From a virus (Duplodnaviria; Caudoviricetes): a stretch of 62,842 nucleotides of DNA. Of the stretch, positions 1-9,119 are shown piece by piece. The notes below the pieces were generated by a model that did not search any database, was not told the DNA's origin, and saw only the letters and a list, made by a program, of their open reading frames with translations. The first letter of the stretch is position 1, and every line of letters starts with the position of its first letter. The DNA lies in IMG/VR virus record IMGVR_UViG_3300032174_000006, positions 1 through 62,842 of that record. One strand, 5' to 3'. Position numbers and translations under genes: made by a program.

Positions 1-127
1 GAATTCAACTGGAGGATACGAGAATGGCAAACGAAAAGAGAATCATCAACATTTTCATGGAAGGCGGGATCATTCAGGATATCCAACAGATTCCCAGCGA
101 TGTCGAGATTCACGTCTACGATTACGA
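1..127. repeat. 127-bp direct repeat identical to 62716..62842 (circular assembly overlap)
   Basis: GAATTCAACTGGAGG...GATTACGA occurs at both ends; 127 is a common assembler k-mer length. Confidence 0.95.
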
Positions 128-212
128 TATTGAAGGCGTGGATTCGGATCGCATCGAAAAGGACGCGCTGGGCGATGACTGCACGATTACGATTATGGGC
201 GGCGGGCAATGA
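24..212 (+). CDS. hypothetical early protein
   Basis: 62-aa ORF with GGAGG RBS upstream. Confidence 0.75.
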   Translation: MANEKRIINIFMEGGIIQDIQQIPSDVEIHVYDYDIEGVDSDRIEKDALGDDCTITIMGGGQ

Positions 213-315
213 TGCATCAGCAATCGCTCCCCGCGCGCATCGGAGTTTGGCTATTCGTCTATCTCTTCCGCGTGGTATTCCTCACGCTGACCGTGCTGGA
301 AAGGATATCCGGACG

Positions 316-513
316 ATGATGCCCGAATCGCGCACCATCCGTGACCAACGGATCGAGCGGTTAAATCGCCTGTACCGCAAGCGCAGATGGATCGCCGCGG
401 GCAAGATATCCTTCCATCTCACATTATCATTGCTCCTGTGGGCGATGCTGATTGGACTATGGTTCGGCGTGGCCGCTGGATTACGCCATCTCGCGCTATC
501 GCTTGGACGATAA
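316..513 (+). CDS. small membrane protein
   Basis: ATG at 316 within ORF 100..513; basic N-terminus then hydrophobic segment LTLSLLLWAMLIGLWFGVAAGL. Confidence 0.55.
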   Translation: MMPESRTIRDQRIERLNRLYRKRRWIAAGKISFHLTLSLLLWAMLIGLWFGVAAGLRHLALSLGR

Positions 514-525
514 CCCGGAGGATTC

Positions 526-690
526 ATGCGAGACAAACGAAACGAGCTGAAAGAGCAATATCTCCGGTCCGCCGAACGCGAATCACGCGAAGGGAACGAG
601 ATCCGCGCGACGATGTACCGCAACGAAGCATGGCTGGTGGATCACCCGGAAGGCTGGCTCGAATACATCCAATCGGAGGGAACGCGATGA
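526..690 (+). CDS. hypothetical protein (54 aa, below the ORF-track cutoff)
   Basis: GGAGG RBS before ATG 526; MRDKRNELKEQY...EGTR then TGA 688-690. Confidence 0.6.
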   Translation: MRDKRNELKEQYLRSAERESREGNEIRATMYRNEAWLVDHPEGWLEYIQSEGTR

Positions 691-802
691 TTAAACTATT
701 CCTTGAAATACTATGCCCGCGGTGGATTCCCCGAAACGAGGAAATCGCCATCCGCATCCGGAAATTGCGCTTTATCTCTACCAATTAAAAAGGAGACTCA
801 AA

Positions 803-1144
803 ATGTTCAAACAAGCGATGGTACTCGGAATGATACTCGCAAGCGCCGTATCCGCATCTCCGCAGCAGAAGCAAGTGAAGCCGAAGAACGTTTATAAACT
901 TGTCCCGTTATCCACAAGCGAAGCGATTATCACCTGCCAGAATGGCGGCGACCCGACGTTCAAACATCTCACGAATAACACGGTAATGATCAGTTGCGGC
1001 CCGACGCTCAAAGCGAAGTGGGACGGCCAAAAGTTCACCTGCCCAGATGGATTCTTCGTATGGGCGGATGAGGGGGAAGCAATCGCGGGGAAGGATGACT
1101 ATGCGTATTGCGGCAGCTATCCCCTGAAAGAAACCCGGCCATGA
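803..1144 (+). CDS. putative secreted protein with Sec signal peptide and 4 Cys
   Basis: AAGGAG RBS; MFKQAMVLGMILASAVSA|SPQQ signal-like N-terminus. Confidence 0.7.
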   Translation: MFKQAMVLGMILASAVSASPQQKQVKPKNVYKLVPLSTSEAIITCQNGGDPTFKHLTNNTVMISCGPTLKAKWDGQKFTCPDGFFVWADEGEAIAGKDDYAYCGSYPLKETRP

Positions 1145-1308
1145 TGAAAATTGCCCTGCAATTCCGCCGGCCGATTGTCATCACGTTCGGATTGATCGTG
1201 TTCCTATCCGGGCTCGTGGTGACAATCGCGGTGGGAGTCATCATCCTCGCCGCGATCCTCGCCATCTGGCCCGCGCTCGGCGTGCTCACGCATTGGAGGC
1301 AACCATGA
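1141..1308 (+). CDS. small membrane protein
   Basis: ATGA overlap with upstream gene; long hydrophobic stretch. Confidence 0.65.
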   Translation: MMKIALQFRRPIVITFGLIVFLSGLVVTIAVGVIILAAILAIWPALGVLTHWRQP

Positions 1309-1399
1309 CCGTCATCATCGCAATTATCTTGCTTGTCATCGGCGTGCCATTGCTGGACGGCATCGCGCGGGAAATCGGCAACTGGCTCAGGGGGAAACA

Positions 1400-1636
1400 A
1401 TGATCCTGTCCATCGTCATCGCGCTGGTGATATTCTTCTTCGGCATCCCGCTTGCGATATGGCTGTTCGTGCTTACCGTCAAAGCGATCGGCGCGGCGTT
1501 CCATTTCATCGTGGAAACATTCTTCGGCGCGTGTTTTGCCATCCTCGACGCCGTCGCATGGGCGATCAAACAGACGCTCCGCGCGATCCGCTGGGCTTAT
1601 CGCGGCGTCCGGGCGCAGGTGCAGAATTTAGGGTGA
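1400..1636 (+). CDS. small membrane protein
   Basis: hydrophobic N-terminal half, basic C-terminus. Confidence 0.65.
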   Translation: MILSIVIALVIFFFGIPLAIWLFVLTVKAIGAAFHFIVETFFGACFAILDAVAWAIKQTLRAIRWAYRGVRAQVQNLG

Positions 1637-1670
1637 AATTTGGTCCGCTATCTGCAATTTCGATTGAGAT

Positions 1671-2597
1671 TCAACTGGAAGGACGCCAGCGGCAGTCACT
1701 CGGGCGCGGATTTGGCGCATCTTTGTCGAACCATTGCGAGACTTCGACATGCGGCTGGCCGCAAGTTGAGCACAAGGATTTCCGCTTAGCTGCTGATTTG
1801 GCTGGAGTTGCTTCAGATAGCACCAAACCCTCAAACATTTTTACAGGGAATTCCATGCCCTCTGTAAAAAAGTCCTCCTCTGCCGGAGTATCAGCGCTAA
1901 GTGGCAGAATATCAGGGTTTTGCTTGAGCCTTACTCCCGTGGATCGGAAGCGATGCATGCCCTTGAACAGTGCTTGTTGCTCGCCACGATCAGTTGCGTC
2001 TTTGGGGAGATAGGCGGCCATGAGCCGATTTTCAAAATACCACCACAGCTGAAACAAGTGGGCTCTCTCGGTAGAGATCAACGTTCCTTCCGGCCAGTCG
2101 AGTTTTGGCGCGTCTATGTGATTAGGAACGATGTACAAAACGCGAATTACAAGGCGTCCCTTCCGATACCCTACAAGGTGGCGCCAGTTGTTTTGCATCA
2201 TGCCACCCAAACTATCAAAAAACTCATCCGCACTCGCGCGGCTTCGTTCTCCGGGAATGGATATCTCTTGGTAGATTGCGTGATGGTCTAAAAGAAGCCG
2301 CATGGCATCGTCTACTGCAGGCTGCCATCGGTCGCATGTTTCCTTTAGCATGCGCGGGCTGCAATCAATGCAGAAGGCCCCAGCGCAGCGTTGATAGGTG
2401 ACGTCAACATGACCAGCCGCACAGCGTTTCTTTGCGAATCGGCCGCAATAGTCCGCGCGTTCAGCCATCCCAGGCTCGCCGGCCGCGGCTAGGGATTTGG
2501 CGAACATGGATTTTGGCGGACTTGGGATATAAACGTCGAGGATTTGTTGGGTCAGGCGGGGATCGTTTGGATCAATCGTGCGTGCAGACGTGCTCAT
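1671..2597 (-). CDS. rolling-circle Rep/IS91-like (HUH superfamily) protein with degenerate HUH motif
   Basis: N-terminal Cys cluster (YCGR..RCAAGH..RCAGAFCIDC), motif-3-like AYLPK, ALFKGMHRFRSTG like the Rep_1 C-terminal motif, C-terminal CSTCG; GAGGTG RBS. Confidence 0.55.
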   Translation of the reverse strand: MSTSARTIDPNDPRLTQQILDVYIPSPPKSMFAKSLAAAGEPGMAERADYCGRFAKKRCAAGHVDVTYQRCAGAFCIDCSPRMLKETCDRWQPAVDDAMRLLLDHHAIYQEISIPGERSRASADEFFDSLGGMMQNNWRHLVGYRKGRLVIRVLYIVPNHIDAPKLDWPEGTLISTERAHLFQLWWYFENRLMAAYLPKDATDRGEQQALFKGMHRFRSTGVRLKQNPDILPLSADTPAEEDFFTEGMEFPVKMFEGLVLSEATPAKSAAKRKSLCSTCGQPHVEVSQWFDKDAPNPRPSDCRWRPSS

Positions 2598-2668
2598 AGA
2601 TACACCTCTCCCATACGAAATTTTGGCTCATGGCTCTCCGTGCGTCAGGGGCGGCCTATAGGTGGAAT

Positions 2669-2743
2669 CTCTGTGCTCTCTTTGAAGTTGGCGGGGGTAG
2701 TCTTCCTACTACCCCCACCACAAACCCACGAGAGAGTACAGGG
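2669..2743. other. long imperfect stem-loop / cruciform upstream of the Rep-like gene
   Basis: CTCTGTGCTCTC (2669-2680) pairs with GAGAGTACAGGG (2732-2743); inner perfect 9-bp stem GGGGGTAGT/ACTACCCCC (2693-2716). Confidence 0.7.
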
Positions 2744-2764
2744 GAAGTGACTATAAGCGGAGGG

Positions 2765-2794
2765 AGTATCAATTATACCCCATACCTTTGTCAA
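2765..2794 (-). promoter_or_regulatory. sigma70-like promoter for the Rep-like gene
   Basis: TTGACA-18 nt-GATACT on the minus strand. Confidence 0.5.
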
Positions 2795-2886
2795 GCAAAA
2801 TCGACATATCCCTAAAATTATTTTTCCCCATAACACTGTCAAAACACATCACATATGATCCCAGTGTATAATTCTCCACAATTCGC

Positions 2887-2916
2887 TTGACAACAGTGTA
2901 ATATCCGTGCTAAATA
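2887..2916 (+). promoter_or_regulatory. sigma70-like promoter for the rightward recombination operon
   Basis: TTGACA (2887-2892), then TGC-TAAATA extended -10-like element; GGAGG RBS downstream. Confidence 0.45.
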
Positions 2917-2934
2917 GAGAATCGGAGGGAAATC

Positions 2935-3186
2935 ATGAAAGCCAGAATAATCGCGATTCAATCCGGTTCCGACTACCAGGACGGTGAACGCCGAGTGGAA
3001 ATCCTCTTTGACGAAGCGGATAAGATGTACCGCCGCCTGCGCATCCCTGAAAAGCTGCTTGGAATGATAGGGTTACAGCTGGACAATGAGATCATCGTGG
3101 ATTTTACGCCCGCGAAGATTCTCCCCATCGACGCGCCGATTGCGCAGGTGATTCGGCATGATGAACAGGTGAAACGTGAGCAATAA
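2935..3186 (+). CDS. hypothetical protein
   Basis: GGAGGG RBS, 83 aa. Confidence 0.7.
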   Translation: MKARIIAIQSGSDYQDGERRVEILFDEADKMYRRLRIPEKLLGMIGLQLDNEIIVDFTPAKILPIDAPIAQVIRHDEQVKREQ

Positions 3187-4789
3187 AATATTCGTAGATC
3201 GCTCAAGATATGAGACTTATGGCCGATGTCCGCGGTCCCGGTTCCTGGAATATCACTTCGCCGGGGCGGGAATCGTCAGCGCGCGGCGACCGTTGCCGCT
3301 GGCGGTCGGGGGAAGCGTACATCATGGGCTGGAGGTGCTGCTGCGTGAGGGACAAGCTAAACTCACTTTCAACTACCCCGATGAGGAATTATCGTGGATG
3401 AATATTGAGGAGCACGCGGTTGAGAAGGCGCTCGCCGACTTCGCCGAATATCAATCCGCGCTGGAATTGCCGGACGCCGAACGCACGGCGGCGGTCGAGC
3501 CGAACACGATTCGCAACTTGGATGAAGCGATGAGCGTGCGAAGTGAGATGGACGAATATCTCTTCCGCGAGCAATCCGCGCTCGTGGAAGCGATGGTCCG
3601 GGCCTACGCGCGCCGGCGGCTGCGCCCGCTGCTGGAGCAATTCGAAGTGCTGGAGGTGGAACGCGAAGGGGAGTGGAAGCTATCGGAATGGACAGCGGAT
3701 TATACTGGGCGCTCTCTCCCTATTTACGATTCGCATGCCATTCCGCATGAATTGTGGTTCATGTCCCGCCCCGACGCCCTGCTCCGCGAGCGCGAATCGA
3801 ATCAACTGTACCTTCTCTCGTACAAAACCGCCGCATCCTGGGACGTCCGCAAAGCGCGTGACGCGGAGCACGACATGCAGGGGATGAGCGAGGGGATTGA
3901 GATTGAGCGGAGGCTCGCAGAATGGTGGGAGAATATCCATCGCATAGTTAAAGCGGTGGGTGAGCCGAAGGACCGCTCAAAGTGGGATTATCACTATCCG
4001 AATAGTGAGACGGTTATCCCAAATGCGATGTGCAATTTCCTTTTGGGGCTGGACGCCCCTCCCCGCATCCTCGCCGTGCGGATGGAATTCCTCTTGAAAG
4101 GCGAACGCTGGAAGGACCGCGACCTCTCCGAACGCTTCGGCGTGGAAATGCGCTCGCAGAAATCCCACTTGATTCGCCAATACGTCGCCGTCTCAACGCC
4201 TGCGCGCGGGACTGCTGGCTATAATATCGGTGACGTCAACTGGAGTTGGGACTTTATTCGAGAGGACGGCCGCGAATCCTCCCTCGCGTGGCAGAATTGG
4301 AAATCCCGCCAAGTGGAAAACGTGAAAGAATGGATCGACAAACTCGACGACGCGGCGGAAACGATGTCAGCCGAGGATTCCACGATGGGATTAGAACCGC
4401 GGCTGCTCGGATATAAATGCGACGCGCAAGCGGTCGGCGTGACGCGGCAGCATCCGCTTGACGCGGTATTCATCCCTCCGATAACAATTTTCCGAAACAC
4501 TGACGACCTCAGAGACTTGGTGGAACAGATGGAGCACCAAGAAAGACGAATCGCCGAGGGTGTAGCGCAAGTTAACGCAGCTACTGAGGATGGAGAACAG
4601 CGTAGTCTGCTAAACCAATTCTTTCCGCAAACTAGAAGGGCCTGCGAATATCCAACAACATGTGCTTTTGTTTCAATATGTTACGGAGGAGATGATATTC
4701 GTAAGAATCCTCTTGACTCGGGGAAATATAAGGTTAGAATTCCTAACCACCCGCAGGAGGGTTCTAACAATGGAGAAACTAAGCCCTGA
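3176..4789 (+). CDS. PD-(D/E)XK Cas4/RecB-like exonuclease with Fe-S cluster Cys
   Basis: N-terminal RCPR, GGSVH, EVEREG, RPDAL..SYKT, C-terminal CEYPTTCAFVSIC. Confidence 0.8.
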   Translation: MSNKIFVDRSRYETYGRCPRSRFLEYHFAGAGIVSARRPLPLAVGGSVHHGLEVLLREGQAKLTFNYPDEELSWMNIEEHAVEKALADFAEYQSALELPDAERTAAVEPNTIRNLDEAMSVRSEMDEYLFREQSALVEAMVRAYARRRLRPLLEQFEVLEVEREGEWKLSEWTADYTGRSLPIYDSHAIPHELWFMSRPDALLRERESNQLYLLSYKTAASWDVRKARDAEHDMQGMSEGIEIERRLAEWWENIHRIVKAVGEPKDRSKWDYHYPNSETVIPNAMCNFLLGLDAPPRILAVRMEFLLKGERWKDRDLSERFGVEMRSQKSHLIRQYVAVSTPARGTAGYNIGDVNWSWDFIREDGRESSLAWQNWKSRQVENVKEWIDKLDDAAETMSAEDSTMGLEPRLLGYKCDAQAVGVTRQHPLDAVFIPPITIFRNTDDLRDLVEQMEHQERRIAEGVAQVNAATEDGEQRSLLNQFFPQTRRACEYPTTCAFVSICYGGDDIRKNPLDSGKYKVRIPNHPQEGSNNGETKP

Positions 4790-5264
4790 AGAGTTTGTGC
4801 TGAGTTTTTGGTCGCGTGTTGAATTCACTGATACATGCTGGCTGTGGAAAGGGTCGTTGTACAACGGTTATGGATCTGTGCGAGCTTGGGGAAAATCCAC
4901 CAGTCCACATCGCGCAGCTTGGGAGATGTTGGTTGGAAAAATTCCTGCATCTTTGCAGGTGGACCATTTATGTAGAGTTCGGAATTGCGTGAACCCTATG
5001 CACATGGAATTGGTAACTGGAAAGGTGAACACATTGAGAGGTAATTCTCGTAGCGCGATCAATGCTCGAAAAACTCATTGCCCTCAAGGTCATCCCTATA
5101 ACCGCAAAAACACTTGGTCCGGAGATGGAATGCGTCACTGTCGTATGTGCAACAAGCTGCGAACTAGAAAAGCCAGAGCTGAACGACGCGGCGTGTATGG
5201 GAGAAATCATCGTCCGATGGCGGAGCGTTGCCGGGACAATTATGGTAAGAGGAAAACACAATGA
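4770..5264 (+). CDS. HNH homing endonuclease
   Basis: CWLWKG..GYG..HRAAW..DHLCRVRNCVNPMH..N; C-terminal THCPQGHPY..CRMC; GGAGG RBS before ATG 4770. Confidence 0.9.
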   Translation: MEKLSPEEFVLSFWSRVEFTDTCWLWKGSLYNGYGSVRAWGKSTSPHRAAWEMLVGKIPASLQVDHLCRVRNCVNPMHMELVTGKVNTLRGNSRSAINARKTHCPQGHPYNRKNTWSGDGMRHCRMCNKLRTRKARAERRGVYGRNHRPMAERCRDNYGKRKTQ

Positions 5265-5503
5265 CCCTTCTCCTCACCCCCCGCGCCTCCCGCGCCCTGC
5301 GCCTCTCGACCGTCACCCGCGAGCATTGTGAAGTCGTGCTCGGGATGACCAACGGGCACGTCCGCGAGGCGGCGAAGATTCTCGGCTGCGGCTGGACGAC
5401 GCTATACAGATGGATCGCGGAATGGAAGCGCGAGGACGAGAAACGCACGAAACGCAAGCACCCTGAGGAGGACGAGAAATGTCAATCATCTCAACCGGAC
5501 TAA
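5261..5503 (+). CDS. Fis-type helix-turn-helix protein
   Basis: VLGMTNGHVREAAKILGCGWTTLYRWI matches the Fis/HTH_8 pattern. Confidence 0.8.
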   Translation: MTLLLTPRASRALRLSTVTREHCEVVLGMTNGHVREAAKILGCGWTTLYRWIAEWKREDEKRTKRKHPEEDEKCQSSQPD

Positions 5504-6078
5504 GCAACAGCGTCATCGGCGGGCCGAACCATCAGCAGAACGCGATCCGCTTCCGGGCCGCGCACAGTTCACCCTTGGCTGCGTTTCGGTGCTATGTGAT
5601 CGACCACGCGGCGGGATATTCGGCGGGGACGGGCGGGAAACTTTGGGCAATATTGTATACGGACATTTCTGGCAGGCCGGGCGAATGGTTAGCGCAGGGA
5701 TGGAAAGTCCCGGACCCGGAATTTCCAGATCCTTCCAGTGGAAAGGGACGATTCCCACTTGTTTCGTGTTCCACTCGTGCACTTGTGAAAGGGGCCTGGT
5801 ACTGGATCGTCATCACCAACGGCGACCCCGACCCGGTAGCCAACTATTTCTCCATGGACTACCTCCAGAACGAAACGGTGCTGAACCAAGTGCCGGACGC
5901 GCAAGTGTACATGTCGAGACCCGGCATGCCCTGGACGCTCGTCCCGAAACTCATCCCCTCGCCGTTCGTGCTGCATTATTCCAATGGATTGTGGCAGGGA
6001 ATTGGTTATATCGGGATTGCGAACGGCGCGCTCGAATGTGGGACGATGTACGGATTCCCGGCGGGGAGTTGCGTGTGA
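5479..6078 (+). CDS. hypothetical protein, predicted beta-rich
   Basis: 199 aa, GAGGAGG RBS, aromatic beta-strand pattern (GAWYWIVIT). Confidence 0.65.
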   Translation: MSIISTGLSNSVIGGPNHQQNAIRFRAAHSSPLAAFRCYVIDHAAGYSAGTGGKLWAILYTDISGRPGEWLAQGWKVPDPEFPDPSSGKGRFPLVSCSTRALVKGAWYWIVITNGDPDPVANYFSMDYLQNETVLNQVPDAQVYMSRPGMPWTLVPKLIPSPFVLHYSNGLWQGIGYIGIANGALECGTMYGFPAGSCV

Positions 6079-6326
6079 AAACGTTTGAGGAATGGTACGC
6101 GCAGGCCGATACATTCAATGGCGCGGGTGACGCGGCTGAAGCTGCATGGCACGCCAGAGATGCCGAGGTGGACGCGCTGCGAGCGAAGCTGGACGAGGCG
6201 CGGAAGCTGGCCAAGCGACTTGATGAAATGGCGGATGATCGCACATCATCCTCAGGATATAGACTTGCCTGCGTGGACAATAGCCAATTGTTGCTGGCCG
6301 TCCTCGGCGACAAGGAGGGGAAGTGA
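6075..6326 (+). CDS. hypothetical protein
   Basis: GTGA overlap; KTFEEWY...AWHAR motif common in small phage proteins. Confidence 0.6.
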   Translation: MKTFEEWYAQADTFNGAGDAAEAAWHARDAEVDALRAKLDEARKLAKRLDEMADDRTSSSGYRLACVDNSQLLLAVLGDKEGK

Positions 6327-6622
6327 GCAACTTTCGGATTGCATGTCTTCTGGGTTTGGCGTTCCTGTTCGGATTTGAGGCTTGCAATTTTACTCTGGTT
6401 CGCCCAGCGCAAGCTCAAGTTCGAGACTTGCAGACTACGCTGCGCCGTCTGATGGATGCTGACAGGGAATTACAAAACTCCACAGAAAATCTTGAGCATG
6501 CTTTGAAAGTAACAATGGATCAGCGCGACAACTTCCTTGCGCAGATAAAGCAGCAAGCGGAGATTTTAAGACTGGTTGGCGGAGATCGAGGCTATGGCCG
6601 AATCTTTATGGAGAAAAAATGA
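6323..6622 (+). CDS. membrane-anchored coiled-coil protein
   Basis: hydrophobic N-terminus then heptad-rich helix. Confidence 0.6.
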   Translation: MSNFRIACLLGLAFLFGFEACNFTLVRPAQAQVRDLQTTLRRLMDADRELQNSTENLEHALKVTMDQRDNFLAQIKQQAEILRLVGGDRGYGRIFMEKK

Positions 6623-7161
6623 GCAGCGCGAGAGAGTTTGCGGAAACGATCTGGCGAGCCTCGATTAACTTCGAGACGGACAAAGAGCGTTCGATAAAAT
6701 GGCTCATGGAGTACACGGAAGCCCGCGACGCCGCCCTCCTGCGCGACGAGCGGGCACGCAAAGATGCAGCCTATTCTGAACGTGACCAGTTGGTATGCGC
6801 CATGTCGAAACTGTTCCCGGCCAGCCTTGAGCGTCATCCCGACGAGGATACAAGTTGGGAAAATGACTGGCGGTGGATTGTGTTTATCGACTTACCTACC
6901 GGGCAGTCTACTTGGCACATCCACGATTCCGAGTTGGCAATGTTCGATCACCTACCACGTTTTCAGGGTCGCAAGTGGGATGGCCACACTACGCCTGAGA
7001 AATATGCGCGTCTTGCTTCACTTAGCGGGGCCGAACTAGCCAGAGAGCGGGCACGGCTGGAAGAAGTGCGGAGATATATCAAATCTCTTAGTAGTCTGGC
7101 CAGTTGCGAGGGAATCGTGGAGCGGTTGGAGGCCATCCTAGACAGGAAGGAATCGACGTGA
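6619..7161 (+). CDS. WDGH-motif phage protein
   Basis: IDLPTGQSTWH...KWDGHTTPEKYARL signature. Confidence 0.7.
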   Translation: MSSAREFAETIWRASINFETDKERSIKWLMEYTEARDAALLRDERARKDAAYSERDQLVCAMSKLFPASLERHPDEDTSWENDWRWIVFIDLPTGQSTWHIHDSELAMFDHLPRFQGRKWDGHTTPEKYARLASLSGAELARERARLEEVRRYIKSLSSLASCEGIVERLEAILDRKEST

Positions 7162-7282
7162 GCGAACGTGACTGGCATCCTCACACGAAATATTTCATTG
7201 GTCCAGTCCACTACTGGGTAGCGAAGCACTTTCCAAGTTGGAACTCGTATTATTTGGGCTATTAGAAAAGGGAGAAATCGCA

Positions 7283-7687
7283 ATGACGAAGGAACCGTTG
7301 GGAGTGTGTGAATGGAAATTTCATCAGGGACTCGGTCCTCACACAAAGTATCCGGGTTGCGAAGGCTGGCGATCCGTTCGACCCGTAGATGCTGGTGCGC
7401 CTGCTGCGCCGCCCCGAGAAGATTTCGCTTCGATGATGTACACGCCGGAGGAGTGCGCTCACGTACCGGAGTTCGGCAAACCGCCAGTGAAAGACCAGAC
7501 ACATGCCGCCATCGACGAAGCGGTGCGGGTGGTGGACCGGATGACGTGCAGTGGTTGCGAAAAAGGGTATCCATTGAAAAAGGGTTGGCATGACACTTGG
7601 GATGATGGCTCTATTCACATGCTATGTAGCAGGCAGGGCCGCGCCATACTCGACGCCCTCGTAAAGTTGGGATGGAGAAAGGAATGA
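7283..7687 (+). CDS. hypothetical protein
   Basis: AAGGGAG RBS before ATG 7283; scattered Cys/His. Confidence 0.55.
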   Translation: MTKEPLGVCEWKFHQGLGPHTKYPGCEGWRSVRPVDAGAPAAPPREDFASMMYTPEECAHVPEFGKPPVKDQTHAAIDEAVRVVDRMTCSGCEKGYPLKKGWHDTWDDGSIHMLCSRQGRAILDALVKLGWRKE

Positions 7688-7860
7688 GCCAAATGTTCGA
7701 GTACATTCAGCTAGTGTTTGAATGGGGCGATTTGAAAGAACTAAATGGTCTATCGCAGGCTGGGTTCCGTGTTGTGCATGTTGAAGATTATCAGGTAGAT
7801 GTTGACTCCAGAATACGGGTCTGGAAACGGATAGCGTTGCTCGAAAGAGAAATTAAGTAA
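7684..7860 (+). CDS. hypothetical protein
   Basis: ATGA overlap; LNGLSQAGFRVV pattern. Confidence 0.55.
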   Translation: MSQMFEYIQLVFEWGDLKELNGLSQAGFRVVHVEDYQVDVDSRIRVWKRIALLEREIK

Positions 7861-7884
7861 GCTGGGATGGAGGAAGGAATCGCA

Positions 7885-8049
7885 ATGAGCTTCGATATGA
7901 ATCCGAAAGATGACGAGCGAGATGAAGAAGAGCAGTTTGTCTTCGCTATAGCGGAACTTGTTCAGGAAGGCAAAGTTTCGGTGGCCAAGATTCACCTACG
8001 AGCGTACATAGAACATCTGAAAAATAGTGAAGAGGTCGGTGGCCAATGA
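7885..8049 (+). CDS. hypothetical protein
   Basis: AAGGA RBS, tightly packed ORF. Confidence 0.5.
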   Translation: MSFDMNPKDDERDEEEQFVFAIAELVQEGKVSVAKIHLRAYIEHLKNSEEVGGQ

Positions 8050-8333
8050 CAACGCCGCGAGATTACACGCTGAAATATCAGGGTAAGAATCCGTTGGAAA
8101 AGTTGCGAGACGGAGAGCCTTACTTTTTCATCCGGGCGCAGGATTCGCTGTCCTCTGAGTCGGTCCAGCACTATGCCTCTCTGTTGAAACGAGAATCAGA
8201 CAAAGCGTATGCAGCGAACGAGGATGAGCGTGGAGCGGAACTTCTGAAGCAATCTCTCGGAGTGCTGCGCGTAGCCAATATATTTCAAGACTGGCAACAC
8301 GACCACAGTGAGTTTGTAAAACTACCCGACTGA
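8046..8333 (+). CDS. phage hypothetical protein
   Basis: ATGA overlap; DGEPYFFIRAQD motif. Confidence 0.65.
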   Translation: MTTPRDYTLKYQGKNPLEKLRDGEPYFFIRAQDSLSSESVQHYASLLKRESDKAYAANEDERGAELLKQSLGVLRVANIFQDWQHDHSEFVKLPD

Positions 8334-8354
8334 GCCAGACAGAAAGGAATCACA

Positions 8355-8855
8355 ATGAAGCTGACGAAGGAAGAAGAGTTGATCGTCCGAGCCAAAATGT
8401 GGGACAGAGTTTTGCCTACTGAAATAGCGCAAGCGTTTCGGGATTACAGGGACACCATCGACGCGCGGGAAACCGAGTTCGCCGCTCAGGTTGAGTTGAA
8501 GGACAATTTGATTGGTGATGCTAATTTCAAGATCAATCAATTACAGGCCGAGTTGACCACCGAGCGCGTATCGGCGGCGGTGATGCTGGAGCTGGCGGCT
8601 GAAAAATGCCGAGAAGCCCGTGGTTCGATGCTGGACCCAAACGACACATGGCAGGATGGATTTAGACAGGGGACGGAATCAGCTTATACGTTTGTCCGCG
8701 CCCTCATCCCCACCGACCACGCCGCTGCGCTGGCCGAGCACGACCGGAAGGAGCGGGAAGATGAGCATGTGAAACTATGCCCTAAATGTTCTATTTTCCC
8801 CTCCGAGAAATCAGGCTGCGAACGCCTCGCCCAACTTCGCTCCGGGGAGAAGTAA
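8355..8855 (+). CDS. hypothetical coiled-coil protein
   Basis: AAAGGA RBS, 166 aa. Confidence 0.65.
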   Translation: MKLTKEEELIVRAKMWDRVLPTEIAQAFRDYRDTIDARETEFAAQVELKDNLIGDANFKINQLQAELTTERVSAAVMLELAAEKCREARGSMLDPNDTWQDGFRQGTESAYTFVRALIPTDHAAALAEHDRKEREDEHVKLCPKCSIFPSEKSGCERLAQLRSGEK

Positions 8856-8885
8856 AAATATTATTACACTCGGGTCATTTTACCC

Positions 8886-8914
8886 TTGACAGCATTTTGC
8901 AAAGAGCGTATACC
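8886..8914 (+). promoter_or_regulatory. sigma70-like promoter of the replication operon
   Basis: TTGACA-17 nt-TATACC in an AT-rich gap. Confidence 0.55.
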
Positions 8915-8942
8915 AGTCACTCCAGAGGCGCACAACACGCGT

Positions 8943-9119
8943 ATGACAATTAAAAACACGAAGGACGAAATGCTATCCCTGCGGCTTTCCTCCCGCATCA
9001 TGCAGCGATTGCGCAAGGCTGCTGACTCCAGCGGGCAGCAGATGAGCGAACTGGCGCGGCAGGCGATCCTGCGCGCGGTCGAGCGGATTGAGAGATTAGA
9101 GGGAGGGGCGAATGGGTAG
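8943..9119 (+). CDS. ribbon-helix-helix (CopG-like) DNA-binding protein
   Basis: LSLRLSSRIMQRLRKAADSSGQQMSELARQAI. Confidence 0.75.
   Translation: MTIKNTKDEMLSLRLSSRIMQRLRKAADSSGQQMSELARQAILRAVERIERLEGGANG

Noticed and set aside
3176-4789. CRISPR-Cas system suggested by Cas4-like proteins
   Set aside because: No repeat-spacer array or other cas genes seen; solo Cas4-like exonucleases are common in phages.
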